A stretch of 64,000 nucleotides of DNA, taken from the NCBI RefSeq assembly GCF_006345805.1, contig NC_043002.1, forward strand, positions 75,950,001 to 76,014,000. The letters run 5' to 3'. This DNA is from Octopus sinensis (Eukaryota). Every line of letters begins with the position of its first letter. The first letter of the stretch is position 1. Below, one piece after another: positions 10,961 through 23,019 of this stretch. The position numbers and the translations under genes are program-made. The notes below the pieces were generated by a model. It had not been told where the DNA came from. It saw only the letters and a program-made list of their open reading frames with translations, and made no database searches.

Positions 10961-12675
10961 ACATGCATCTATCTGTGTGTTTGTGTGCTTAAGTGTATGT
11001 GCGTTAGCTAAACTAGATGAATAGCTTTTGCACTATTTATTTGCTCGCTAATGCAGAAAATCTCTTGTATTTTGTTTATCAGAAAAGGGATTAAATTAAA
11101 TCTGTTCGTTTTATTTGAGTTTAAATATATTTAAAACCATATCAGGATTAGGCAAAACGAACCGGGGCAAGGATAGAAATAAAGCGATCGAAACCCTCAG
11201 CATGAAAATAAGAACCGGTCGGGTTAGTGAAGTGAAATATGTGACTCGGTGTTTGTAACGTCATGCACTTCAAAGTAACTCTAGAACTCTTTTTTTGATA
11301 ATTAGAAGAAGGCTTTTAAAATTAAATTACAACTGTTTTAATTAATGAAAGCTCATAGAGACTGACCCGATAAAATATCCGACCTAAACCACTAAAATTA
11401 GGCTAATAATTAATTATTTACACTGAGATAACTTCCTTTTGCCTTCGTCTGCTCGTTCAAACACCCACGCACTTATCAACACCCTTCTTTTTATTCTCTG
11501 TACTCAGACGCTGGTGCCGCCACCCCTTTCGGTTTTCCAAATCATCCTCACCGCAAACATTTATAAAACACACGCACACACGCCCACCTCCCACGTACAT
11601 TCACACATTCACACTCACGCTCAAGTACACATGCGCATGCGCTAACACACATACATAAATGCATTTACAGATATTGCCGTTGCTGTCTCTCTCTCTCTCT
11701 CTTCTCTCTTTCCCGATGTACGCAGGCGGCCTCACCACCTCTTGGTATAACTTAATTTCAGCCACCTACGTTTCAAACTCGTCCTTACCCTTTCCTTACC
11801 GACTACACTTTACTCCCAACACCGTCAAGCATTTAGCATTAACAATAATTGTAATTAGGAAATGGGAAGATTTAGAGTATAATATTTTAGAATAAAAATA
11901 GTTGAGACTAGCAAAAACAACAACTGGAAAAACTGCTACAAAAATGTCATCATCATCTTCATCATCACCATCATCATCAGCAGCAGCTCTGGCAGCAAGA
12001 ACAGCATCAACAACAACGCATACTAAATTAAGCCTTAAAGCAGTAATGAAAAACACAACATAATATTTAAAAGAAAAGCATAAAATGACTCAAAATACAA
12101 CAATAAGGTCATCAGTTTAAAATATCATTAACTGCGAAAAAGAAAAAAATAAAGAGGAAAGAAAACCAACAGAAGCCAGTAACGGTAAAAACAATACCAA
12201 GAATCAACTGACAAGGAGGCCCTTCTGTGAGCCCATAACCTTTCAGAAATAGTAACGAAATCTCTCTCAAAACGCACATTACACTCCAAAAATAGAAAAA
12301 TACACGTTAGATAATGTTGTTCTCGAAAATAAAGTGGAATGATCATAGCAGCGGGATCGATCAGGGATGGTCTGTAACGAAACAATGACAACAACAGGAA
12401 TAACCAGCAGCAGCAGCACCACCACCACCAACAAAAGCAATACAAGGGGGTCTCTATATGGTTGTTGGATCTACTGGAAATAGTAGACAAATGTTCCTCA
12501 GATTCTATTCCACTACTTTTTGTTTAAAAGTGAATACACATTAGATATCTCCTTTTGTGACGGTATACAACCTAGTAGTTGGAATGTTCTACGCATGATC
12601 ATTTCCAGTAGGAGGTAACGTATTGTGTCCTCCAGAATGCCAAATTTTGTTACGTTGCTTAGCTGTAAATAACAG

Positions 12676-12759
12676 GATGCAGCTGCAGACCTCTCTCCCT
12701 CAAGCTACCATATCCTGAACGTTCAGCTGGGTCAACGTTGAGCCTATCTGTGTCTGCAC
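12676..12759 (+). CDS. Candidate 84-nt internal exon (phase 1-1), product unknown
   Basis: aacag|GATGC...GCAC|gtgagt. One open frame, CSCRPLSLKLPYPERSAGSTLSLSVSA. Acceptor lacks a good pyrimidine tract. Confidence 0.22.
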
Positions 12760-12929
12760 GTGAGTACATAGTCGTCTATAACAATAACGTAGCCATGGTA
12801 CATACCATTAAGCCATACTCGCTCGAACAATAACAAGAATGTAGCTGATCATATCATAGGTTCATTCGGTCAAGTTTGAATTGGAGCAAAGGCGCAAAAC
12901 AATAGTGACATTTAATATAAATGCTTCTG

Positions 12930-13350
12930 ATTCAGGCTCAAAACTAGCAATTTTGACAGGTGGGGGTTAGTCAATAATATCGACTCGAGTACTTGAATGG
13001 TACTTTATTTCATTGACTACATGGAAACTAAAGGCAAAGCTGATCTCAGGAGGATTTGAATTCAAAATGTAAAAAGCCCGTACAAATGCTTCAAGGCATT
13101 TTTAGGGAGCTAATAAATTCATTATCTGTCTGCTCTTTATCATCACAACAACACTTAGAATAATGGTTTATAATTTAGGAACAAAGCCAGAGAATTTGAA
13201 GGAAGGAGTTTAGTCAATACTATCAATCTCAGTTCTCCATTTCATCGATCGCAGATGAATGAATGGTAAAGATGACCTCGGTGGAATTTGAACGTAGAAC
13301 GTAAATATCATGAACAAATAACAATGTATTATTTTTCCGACGCAAAGGAT
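12930..13350 (-). mobile_element. Two degenerate SINE family B fragments
   Basis: Diverged tcgac..ggtactt..aaaggcaaagtcgacctcgg..atttgaactcagaacg core at ~12940-13070 and ~13190-13340. Confidence 0.6.
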
Positions 13351-13534
13351 TTGGTTAGCTCAACGCCCTGACAACAGCGTTTACAATGATAACACAAGTT
13401 ACATCAAAACCAGCAAAGGAAGATCATTAAACAATTAGTTCTTCAAATATTTCTTTAAAAAAATGTTTTTGAAGGAAATTATAATGATTTTGAAATCATC
13501 GAGTAAATATTGGCTCCTGTTTGTAACACTACGC

Positions 13535-14090
13535 CAGCAATTTCGGGGGTGGGGATAATTCGATTACATCAACCCCAGTGCTCAACTCGTACTTATTTTA
13601 TCGACTCTGAAAGGATGAAAGGCAAAGTCGACCTCAGCGGATTTAAACTCAGAACGTCAAGATGGACGAAATGTCGCTAAGATTTTGCCCTGCGTGCAAA
13701 ACATATAGGGGACAAACAAGGACAAGCAAACAGATTAAGTCAATTATATCGACCCCAGTGCGTAACCGGTACTTATTTAATCGACCCCGAAAGGATGAAA
13801 GGCAAAGTCGACCTCGGCGGAATTTGAACTCAGAACGTAACGGCAAACGAAATACCCATTTCTTTACTACCAACAAGGGGCTAAACACAGAGAGGACAAA
13901 CAAGGACAGACAAACGGATTAAGTCGATTATATAGACTCCAGTGCGTAACTGGTACTTATTTAATCGACCCCGAAAGGATAAAAGGCAAAGTCGACCTCG
14001 GCGGAATTTGAACTCAGAACGTAATGGCAGACGAAATACCGCTAAGCATTTCGTCCGGCGGGCAAACGATTCTGCCAGCTCGCCGCCTTA
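13535..14090 (-). mobile_element. SINE family B: dimer plus an adjacent monomer
   Basis: Head aaggcggcgagctggcagaatcgtttgcccgccgg at 14090. Second unit starts at the gggtatttcg junction (~13850). A further copy lies at 13535-13700. Confidence 0.85.
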
Positions 14091-16356
14091 AAACGTAAAC
14101 AAGTAAGATAATTACCGCAAGCAATAATAATCGACAAGGTAATGATTCTGTCAGTAAACAGTTTCTCCTCGGATAAATATTGTTAGAAATTTTAACTATG
14201 GGTGCAAGTTCAGTGTATCAATATGAAAACTAGCGTGCAAGTTTTGATTATTCACTATTCACTCAACATTACTTTGCAGTTTGCTGTAAATGAAAACCAG
14301 AAACTTTTAAGCTAAATGTTTTATTCTTCCTTGAAAACCTTATTGCTTCTTTCTTCAACGTTTTCAATCTCTTACAATCTCCTAAAATTCCATTCTGCCT
14401 TTAATACTTAAATTGACAGGAGGAGAGCATCGGGCAAAATATATTGTCGTATTCAGTTATAGGCTATTTTAAGTTCAAATCCCGTTGCAGTGAACTTTGC
14501 ATGTTTTCGTTACGGGGTCGGCAAGATAAATACCAGTCAAATACGGGGACGATATATGGACAGTATTCTCCGCCACCACCACCACCACCAATGTATGGCT
14601 TTTTACCGCTGCAAGAAATCAATAAAAAGAAAGAGAAACTGGTCGCTAAGTTTTAACCAGCATTTAAATTACAAAGCTACATAAATTCTAAGATTAATAA
14701 AACCACACGGAAATGAAAATTATAAGGTTATCAAAATCATAAATGTACCTGACTTATATATTCCTATTATATTTTATTATTATTCTTATTAAACGGATAT
14801 CTTCTGTATCAGACTACCCAAGATATACATATATGCAGAGATAAACAATCTATAGCAGTGTTTCCTAACTTGGTTGTATATACAATGACCTCGAAGCTCG
14901 CTATCCTATAAAACTACCCCGAGGAGTTGATCATACAATATTATTGAAGATAATAACTGTGGAACATTAAAAGAGATAACGATAAAACCAACGCACTCAA
15001 TGAATTCCTTCACTTATAACACTTCCATTAGCAATATATTGGAAATCCTTTGATTGGCTACAAGTGTTTAACTGAGTCATACAGGGCCATAAGGCGTTCA
15101 GCCGTTAGGCATTTTGAAATATCTCCACAACAATTCGATTTATAGTGATAAAAATATGCTGGTTCAGAACGAGTAATCTGCAGGACCGGTGCTAAGATGT
15201 ATTCAACACACGAGGCAAGCTTGACAAAGAGCGCTGTCTTCCTGTTGTGACAGCTGAATACAGGAATAGCTTATAATATTTAGTGTACAACGTTCTATCA
15301 TCAATTCAGCTGATAATGATTCAATTTTTTAATACTGCTAAGATATTATTCAAACAGATATGACTGAAGCTAAGGTTTTTAAAAAAAGTAATTGTTACAT
15401 ACTATTCTCTTTCTTGCTCCCAGATTTTAGCTTCCATAAGGATCACATTTCTTGTAAAATACATCATGCTAGGTTTTGAATTTGCGATAACACCTCTCCC
15501 TCACAAAACAATATATTCAGTTTCTCAGAATTGCAGAGATTACAAGCACTGTTACCTTAGACGCAATGCATGAGATTCGGTATACTGTAATATATTGTAC
15601 ATCATTTTTAAAGTTTCTAAATACTATTATTTACCCGAAGTGCCAAATGTATTTTCATACTAATCTATCGAGTCATCTTTCAGAATTCTAAACGTATATA
15701 ACGATTTGAAATGATTTACAGTTAAACACACACAAACACGTATATATGTGTATGTTTGCATACATATAGATATACATATGTACATATATATATATATATA
15801 TATACACGCACACACACACACTCGTGTATATATATATATATATATACACACACGCACGTTTACACATGCATATACATGAAAGTATTGTGTGCGTGATTAT
15901 GCGTGTGGCGCATGTCTTGTTCCAAGAGGAATGAATGGCTTCGTCACTATTCAGATTTTTTTCGTCACGGATGATCCTTTTAGATGGTCAAACAATGGTT
16001 CGCACGTTGAGGAAATCTTTGAGTAGCAATAGAATCTTTGAGGAGACAATAAACAGCATCAAACATATATATTAACTCTTCTACATTTATTCGTGAGCAT
16101 TTGTGTGTGTGTGTGTGTGTGTGTGTATATAAAATCCTTTCGATCACAGACTCGAGTTTCTGGGTGGTTACCTGTCCTCAGCGTGTGTTAATCACCACCT
16201 AGTGACGGAAGCTCATTTCACTCGCAAATTACTATATCTTTTTCTAGCTACTCACTGTAAAGGTAGAAGCAACATTAACAACAAGAAATCAACACGTATC
16301 TTTTTGTATCGCAACAGCAAAGTCTCCTTCCATAAAAAAAAAAACATAAATATATT

Positions 16357-16595
16357 CATTATTTACATTATCTACAGTATTTACATTTGATGGATATTTG
16401 TCCTCATCTTGTTTGTTGTTAACACAACGTTTCGCCTGATATACCCACCAGCCTTCATCTGGTGTCTTGGGAAAATTTCGAACCTGGGTTCTCATTTCTA
16501 AGGTATTTTACGATGTTATTATTATTATTATCGGAATCGAACTCATAATCTTGGGGTTAGTATCCCGCGCTCTTAACCACTACGTCATATGCTCG
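16357..16595 (-). mobile_element. tRNA-headed SINE-like element carrying a hammerhead motif (copy 1)
   Basis: A box TGACGTAGTGG (16587-16577), B box GTTCGATTCC (16542-16533), (TAA)n, body with GACAC-CAGATGA-A-GGCTG..CAGGC-GAAA-CGTT-GTGTT (16466-16421), tail gtaaataatg. Confidence 0.8.
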
Positions 16596-16730
16596 TATAG
16601 AACCATAATTATATTCTATAATTCCTGTTAGTCAGAGATTGGTTATATGAATGTAACCGCCGTGCCTTTTTATCATGACTCTCTCCTCTCTCATCTCTTT
16701 TCTGTTTTTGTTTCTCCTTGGACTTCCTTC

Positions 16731-16769
16731 AAGCATCCGACGAAGGACTATATCCGAAACGTTATACTT
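16731..16769 (+). ncRNA. Minimal type I hammerhead-like motif (another family), core mutated
   Basis: AAGCAT-CCGACGA-A-GGA-ctata-TCC-GAAA-CG-TT-ATACTT. Stems I and II pair; U4 is replaced by C. Confidence 0.6.
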
Positions 16770-17508
16770 TTACACTGTAACTTCTTTTCTTCGTTGAGAC
16801 TCAGACTAATATTATAAACTATGACCGTCCCTTGAGCGTTTGTTGTGTGCTTTTTTTTGTTTAATTTTGAATTTAATTTTGTTCATGCATATTATGAGGT
16901 GATGCTTTATGCAACAAAAATAGACTAGGCTGCACATTTCGTTTGTAATAAGCTTTTTAAGTTTAATACAGCAATGAATGAACTGAAAGGCAAAAACACA
17001 CAAAACAAAACGATGAAAAGGCAGGGCAAGTACGAAGCGGGCGGGGGTAGCAATCCTCTTCCTGCAAATTCTTGACACTAAAAGTGTGCTTTTATTTAAG
17101 ATTGGAACTGTGAGTATAATAAACAGTATTATCACAACTTCAAACATCATTAAGTTGGACAAACGTTTTGATCAAACAGATTCTGAAATAGAGTTTGGTA
17201 GGTATGTAGAACATGATATATATATTGGTGGTGTTTGTTTTAAAAGAAGAGGCGATGATGAAAGGGAGACACGTCGAAGAGAGAGAGAGAGAGAGGAGAG
17301 AGAGAGACAAACAGAGACAGAGAGACAGAGAGAGGGAATGGAGACACAGGGACAGAAAGAAACGAGAGGGTGAGAAACTGAACAACAGAAGTGGTGATAG
17401 AAGGCATCATATGTAAATAATAGCGTGTGCGTGTCTCTCCACTATATATAATATATATATATATATATTATATAGAGAGAGAGAGATAAATAGATAGTTA
17501 GATAGATG

Positions 17509-17615
<107 letters not shown>

Positions 17616-17951
17616 CACTGAATAAACAAAACTCCCCATGCACTCACACTCACACACAAACAGATGTATATATATATATAAACGCACACACACACTCACA
17701 CACACACACACACACACACACATATGGTTAGATAAAGAGAGGGAATCGGTGAGTGAAAATTAATGAAAGTAAAAGAAAATACAGAAAGAAAGAAACGAAG
17801 AACAAAACCGAGTAAAAACAGTAAAATAAAGTGAAAGCAAGAGAAAGAAAGAATAAGAGAATAAAAGTTCGAGTGCATAAGTTAGAATAGATGAATAAAA
17901 GTTAGAAATACCTTCATTGTAGTGCGGATTTAACATCAATAATAAAGTTGA

Positions 17952-17984
<33 letters not shown>

Positions 17985-18016
17985 CGTCCTTCTCTCTTGT
18001 TCTTCCCCATTCTTAG

Positions 18017-18090
18017 ATTGTACTTTAGACCTTTCCTGTCACCTCAGACATTAAATGAGGTAGAGGAAGAGGAAGAAATTGTGGGTGAGG
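18017..18090 (+). CDS. Candidate 74-nt exon, product unknown
   Basis: Strong acceptor cttctctcttgttcttccccattcttag| and donor GAGG|gtaagg. One open frame, LYFRPFLSPQTLNEVEEEEEIVGE. Confidence 0.3.
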
Positions 18091-19064
18091 GTAAGGGTGA
18101 ACTAGGTTGTGGAGGAATGTTTCGAGAGGACTATTATTTGAATCTCGTCTGACTTCGGCCTTCAAATCACGCACGAACGTGACTTGCCGCTTACCATTTC
18201 AAAATTGAAGCGAAGAGAAAATACAAGATGTCACTCTGTTGGCTTTCATTGAACTAAAATGAAAATAAGAAGAAATACGAAATCTAAAAAGAGATAAATA
18301 TATAAAGGAAATAACAAAACAAATATCAACATTAAAACAAAATGAAGAAAAACAAAAGGCAATGATAAATTCGTTAAGTTAAGGCTTTGAACATGTATAT
18401 AGTTTCTTCTAAGAAATAACTAGGATCGTTATAGTCTCATTGATTCTAGATACAGTATATAGATTTAAAAGACATTCTTGTATGTGGAAATTATTTCAAC
18501 TAAAATATATTATTACGACAACCAAATCCTTTGTTTTATCGGAACATTCTTCCTCTTTTTTCTTTCTTCCACTCAATCATTCATTATCTGTTTCTTTCTC
18601 GCCATCTTAACGTTTTTCTTTTATTCTGCTTGTCTCTCTTCTTCTTATTGTTTATATTAGTGAGGTGGGCTTGTAGGTAGCTACAATCGTTCAAGCTAAT
18701 TTTTTTTTTTCCAGTTCTTGACGCACGGAGTTCAAATACTACCGGTATCAACTTTGCCTTTTATCCTATCGGGAACGATAAAATAGGGACCGGTCGAGCA
18801 CGGAGGTCAATGTAATCGACATATTCCTTACCCTACAATCGTTAGCCTACTTCAAAAATTTGAAACCATTATGTTTATGAGTAAAGTTTGAGCTGGCAGG
18901 CACAATCGAGAAAGCAACGGACAAAATGCTTAAAATTTTTCTTCCGGTTCTTTACGTTCAGAATTAAATTTCGGGGTCGATAAAATAGGTACAAATTGGG
19001 TACAGGGGTCAATGTAATCGACTAACGCACCCAGAGACATTATACTAGAATATATCATACTATA

Positions 19065-19495
19065 TTTATTTCTTTATTGCCCACAGGGTGCTAAACATAG
19101 GGGGTGGGGACAAACAAGGATAGAGAAACGGATTAAGTCGATTCCATCGACCCCAGTGCGTAACTGGTACTTAATTTATCGACACCGAAAGAATAAAAAG
19201 CAAAGTCGCAACTCGGTGGAATTTGAACTCAGAACGTAACGGCATACGAAATACCTTTTTCTTTACTACCCACAAGTGGCTAAATACAGAGAGAACAAAC
19301 AAGGACAGACAAAGGGTTTAAGTCGATTATATCGACCCCAGTGCGTAAGTGGTACTTATTTAATCGACCTCGAAAGGATGAAAGGATGAAAGACAAAGTC
19401 GACCTCGGCGGAATTTGAACTCAGACCGTAGCGGCAGACGAAATACCGCTAAGCAATTCGCCCGGCGTGCTAACGATTCTGCCAGCTCGCCGTTA
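19065..19495 (-). mobile_element. SINE family B dimer
   Basis: Head at ~19495, junction ...aaagaaaaaaggtatttcg at ~19250, second tail gggcaataaagaaa at ~19070. Confidence 0.85.
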
Positions 19496-19499
19496 AATG

Positions 19500-19890
19500 C
19501 CATCGAGTTCTGTCCGGATGTATGGAACAATGGATAAATGTCTTCTGCTATATCGTAGAGGCGACTAAAACCCGAATGGATTTGGTAGACGAAAACTGAG
19601 AGGCCGTTACATACACACACACCCACACACACTCATCACGAGTCATAAGTGTGTGTTTGTGTGTGTGCGTTTGTATGTGTGTGTGTATGTGTGCGTGCGT
19701 GTGCATGTGTATATATGTGTTTCTCTCCCACCACCGTTTGACAACCAGTGTTTGTTTACATCCTCATAACTTAGCAACCCGGCAAAAAGAATTCAATAGA
19801 ATAACGTACTGGCGTGAATTTATTCAACCAAAATCTTCAAGGCAGTGCCCCAGCATGAGCGTAGTCCAACCACTGAGACAAGTAAAAAAT
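19500..19890 (+). mobile_element. SINE family A, diverged
   Basis: ggatttggtagacgaaaactgag, internal (CA)/(GT), tail ggcagtgccccagcatgagcgtagtccaaccactgagacaagtaaa. Confidence 0.75.
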
Positions 19891-20429
19891 AAAAAATAAG
19901 AAACTAACAAAAAAAAAACGGTTGTGGTGTGCATGACAAAGACTTTCCTGTTTTCTATAGCTAATTCAAACAGTCTTAAAAAGCATGCGGATCATGGCTA
20001 CAATGGAATGGGTTACATGTAACGCAAGTAGATTATGGTATTTGGTATAAATTCCAAGCCAAAGTGGAGATAGTGTTTCATCGGAGCCTGATATAATTCT
20101 AAAATAATGTTGCAAAATATTGTTGCGAATTGTGAATGAAACGTTTTCTCATTTCATGTTGTTTGTACAGTTTAGTTAAGGAGATCTGCTTTTGATTTTT
20201 TTTCTAGTTGTTAATGTTCTTTCAGCTATGCTTATTTAAATAGTAATAAGCGTGAAATGTTACAAGAGATTAGCCTATTTACTACTTTACTTATTAAATC
20301 ATTATAAAGAAAATGGAAATCGATGAGCGTATATTTGTGTGTGTGTGTGTTAAGCTGAATACTTTTAAATATATATATATATATATATGTACATACATAC
20401 ATACATATATATACATACATACATATATA

Positions 20430-20640
20430 TTATTATTGATAAAAACGGTAAGATAACAAAAGAAAGAAAGAGACCTCGATATTATGTAATAGAGGAATTT
20501 ATCTGTAAATATAATATTTGACTATTATTCGGTAGCCAAAGTAAAACTCCGAGTTTCGGATGTCGAGGTGGAAATCCACGCCACCATCTCTTCAGTTATC
20601 CGGTCATCGGAAAAATCTATCTTAATTGTCACTATTACAT
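20430..20640 (-). repeat. PLE-type terminal-repeat fragment with a hammerhead-like motif (20600-20542)
   Basis: GATAA-CTGAAGA-GATG..CATC-C-GAAA-CTCGGAG-TT-TTA. Part of it recurs inverted at ~21140-21225. Confidence 0.5.
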
Positions 20641-20676
20641 TCAGATATATATAATATATAATATATATATATAGTA

Positions 20677-20755
<79 letters not shown>

Positions 20756-20878
20756 TATATTATATATATATAATATATATAATATATATATATATTACTA
20801 TTTAAATAAGCCGAATAATTGTCACATATTACATTTACATAATATATATAAATATCTATATAATATATCTCTATATAT

Positions 20879-20952
<74 letters not shown>

Positions 20953-21261
20953 CAAGATTAATCAGCCGAAATTGCGAAGATGATCCTGGTTCTTGACTGA
21001 TGACGAGGGCTTCAAATGTCCCGTCCTCTGGTCCTTGTATCGTCTCCTTGGTGTTTCTGTTCTTATCCATGTCTGTATGTATTATTTATTTTTTACTGTT
21101 TACATATATATATATACATTACTATTTAAATAAGCCGAATAATTGTCACATACTACATTTACAGATACATTCCTCTATTTGCACAATATCGAGGTCTCTT
21201 TCATTCTTTTGTGTTTACTATTCATATCATATATATTAGATATATATATATATATCTATAT

Positions 21262-21292
<31 letters not shown>

Positions 21293-21519
21293 CTTAACAG
21301 TACACACCTGAACACATACAGACATGCTCATAGATTTTCATGCTCGTAGAATCATGAAGGTGCATATGCCATTGATTCTAAATTTTGTGGTTCATGAATT
21401 TACCTGACTATAACGTTTTTTTTCTAATAACGTAATATCTTGATTAATCAAATAAAATTCGATGGAAACAGCTATAGTGAACTGACACATCAACCATCTG
21501 TTATATATATATATATATA

Positions 21520-21900
21520 TATATAGGGAGAATTCACAAAAAAGCAAAAAAAACCCCAAAAAACGAAGATAGGTGGTGTAGACAACAAACAGATGAATTG
21601 GTTTAACGCTCGGGAAGTTAAAAAGTTTTTAACACTTCGAGCATATGCTCTTTCACAGAAAGGAATACAGAAAGAAATAGGGAGTGAAAATAAAGAATGT
21701 GTAGTGGCTAGCGATCTATCATGCTGAATGCCGGACAGTGGGGTCACACAGGAGAGCTAAGAAGAAGGGGAGATAATAAAGTTGTAGTGATCCCAAAACG
21801 AATGCGCGCGTGCGTGTGTGCGAGAGAGCGTGTATGTGCGAGCGGAAGAGGGCTGCGCTAAACTCTCGGCAGTTGAGTCACTGTTAGTCCTACTAAATAT
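21520..21900 (-). repeat. PLE-type terminal repeat (same family as 41607-41785), hammerhead variant at 21662-21627
   Basis: CTTT-CTGTGAA-A-GAGC-atat-GCTC-GAAG-TG-TT-AAAA. Flanks are homologous to 41620-41785. Confidence 0.55.
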
Positions 21901-22024
21901 TATATTTTGACACAGGTCCAACAATTTTAAGGTAGGAGTAAGTCGGCTACATTGACCACAGTATTCAACTCGTGTTTATTTTATCGACCCAGAAGAGATG
22001 AAAGGCAATGCCGACCTCGGCAGA

Positions 22025-22124
22025 NNNNNNNNNNNNNNNNNNNNNNNNNNNNNNNNNNNNNNNNNNNNNNNNNNNNNNNNNNNNNNNNNNNNNNNNNNNN
22101 NNNNNNNNNNNNNNNNNNNNNNNN
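22025..22124. other. Assembly gap
   Basis: 100 N, interrupting a SINE B copy. Confidence 1.
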
Positions 22125-22308
22125 AAACAGGCCTTTCGCGATACCCTTTAAGCCAGGAACTTTTCAGCATTCCTCGTATATATGTACTTACATATGTCTG
22201 TGCGCGCGCGTGTGTGTGTTCGTTGTGTGTGAGGAGCGTTGGCCTGCTCACCTAGCCATCGAGCTGGAAACGTTTAAAGGCTAAATCATCGCAAAACGCA
22301 TTGTCACC

Positions 22309-22347
22309 CGCGATGTGTAACAGCATTTCATAGCCTGGTCGGTCACG

Positions 22348-22400
<53 letters not shown>

Positions 22401-22451
22401 GTATAAATTTAACGTGACCGACCAGGCTATCAAATGCAGTTACACATCGCG
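22309..22451. repeat. Inverted duplication (42-bp arms) with (TA)n in the loop
   Basis: cgcgatgtgtaacagcatttcatagcctggtcggtcacgtta vs taacgtgaccgaccaggctatcaaatgcagttacacatcgcg. Confidence 0.85.
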
Positions 22452-22601
22452 TAGTTAACTGAAGAATATCAGGGTCCTATGTGTACGTTTTCTAGTAACT
22501 AATGAATTCTTCATTTATTGAATAACGGAACGCCACGCATCCCGAGATTTTTTAACAATAAGTTTATATACATATCGTGACATCGCATGAATAATGTCCG
22601 A

Positions 22602-22667
22602 ATTATTATTCAGGTCATTGTCTGGAATCGAATTTGGAATCTTAGGGTTAGTAATAATAATAATAAT

Positions 22668-22717
<50 letters not shown>

Positions 22718-22731
22718 TGATGATGATGATG

Positions 22732-22777
<46 letters not shown>

Positions 22778-22962
22778 CAACAACAACAACAACAACACAA
22801 TAACAACAACATCGAAAAATATCTCCCATGTTCGAAATTTTTCTAAGACACCTGAAGAAGGCTGGAGGGTATATCAGCCGAAACGTTGTGTTAACAACAA
22901 ACAAGATGAAGACAAAATGCGTCAAATGTGAATAATGTAAATAATGTACATAATTCCTCATC
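22602..22962 (+). mobile_element. tRNA-headed hammerhead SINE-like element (copy 2), head fragment inverted
   Basis: Body after (AAT)n matches copy 1. The head piece (B box TTCGATTCC + gacaatgacctg-aataataat) at 22602-22653 is on the opposite strand. Confidence 0.8.
22847..22892 (+). ncRNA. Minimal type I hammerhead ribozyme motif, intact core
   Basis: GACAC-CTGAAGA-A-GGCTG-gagggtatat-CAGCC-GAAA-CG-T-T-GTGTT: stem I GACAC/GTGTT, 5-bp stem II, palindromic stem III ACGT, GUU cleavage triplet (cut 3' of 22887). Confidence 0.75.
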
Positions 22963-23019
22963 AAACTAAAGCACAACTCAAATAGGGCCTCCACGCAAAA
23001 ACGGTTCTTCTTTTTGTGA

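Noticed and set aside
14960-15270. ~66-codon open frame on the minus strand
   Set aside because: No start or donor site and no recognisable motif.
16530-16595. tRNA gene (likewise heads at 35420-35476 and 56075-56148)
   Set aside because: No complete acceptor stem, and each continues into a SINE body.
20955-21030. ccgaaattgcg...ctgatgacgaggg as a type II hammerhead
   Set aside because: No UH site or stem III, and only partial stems.
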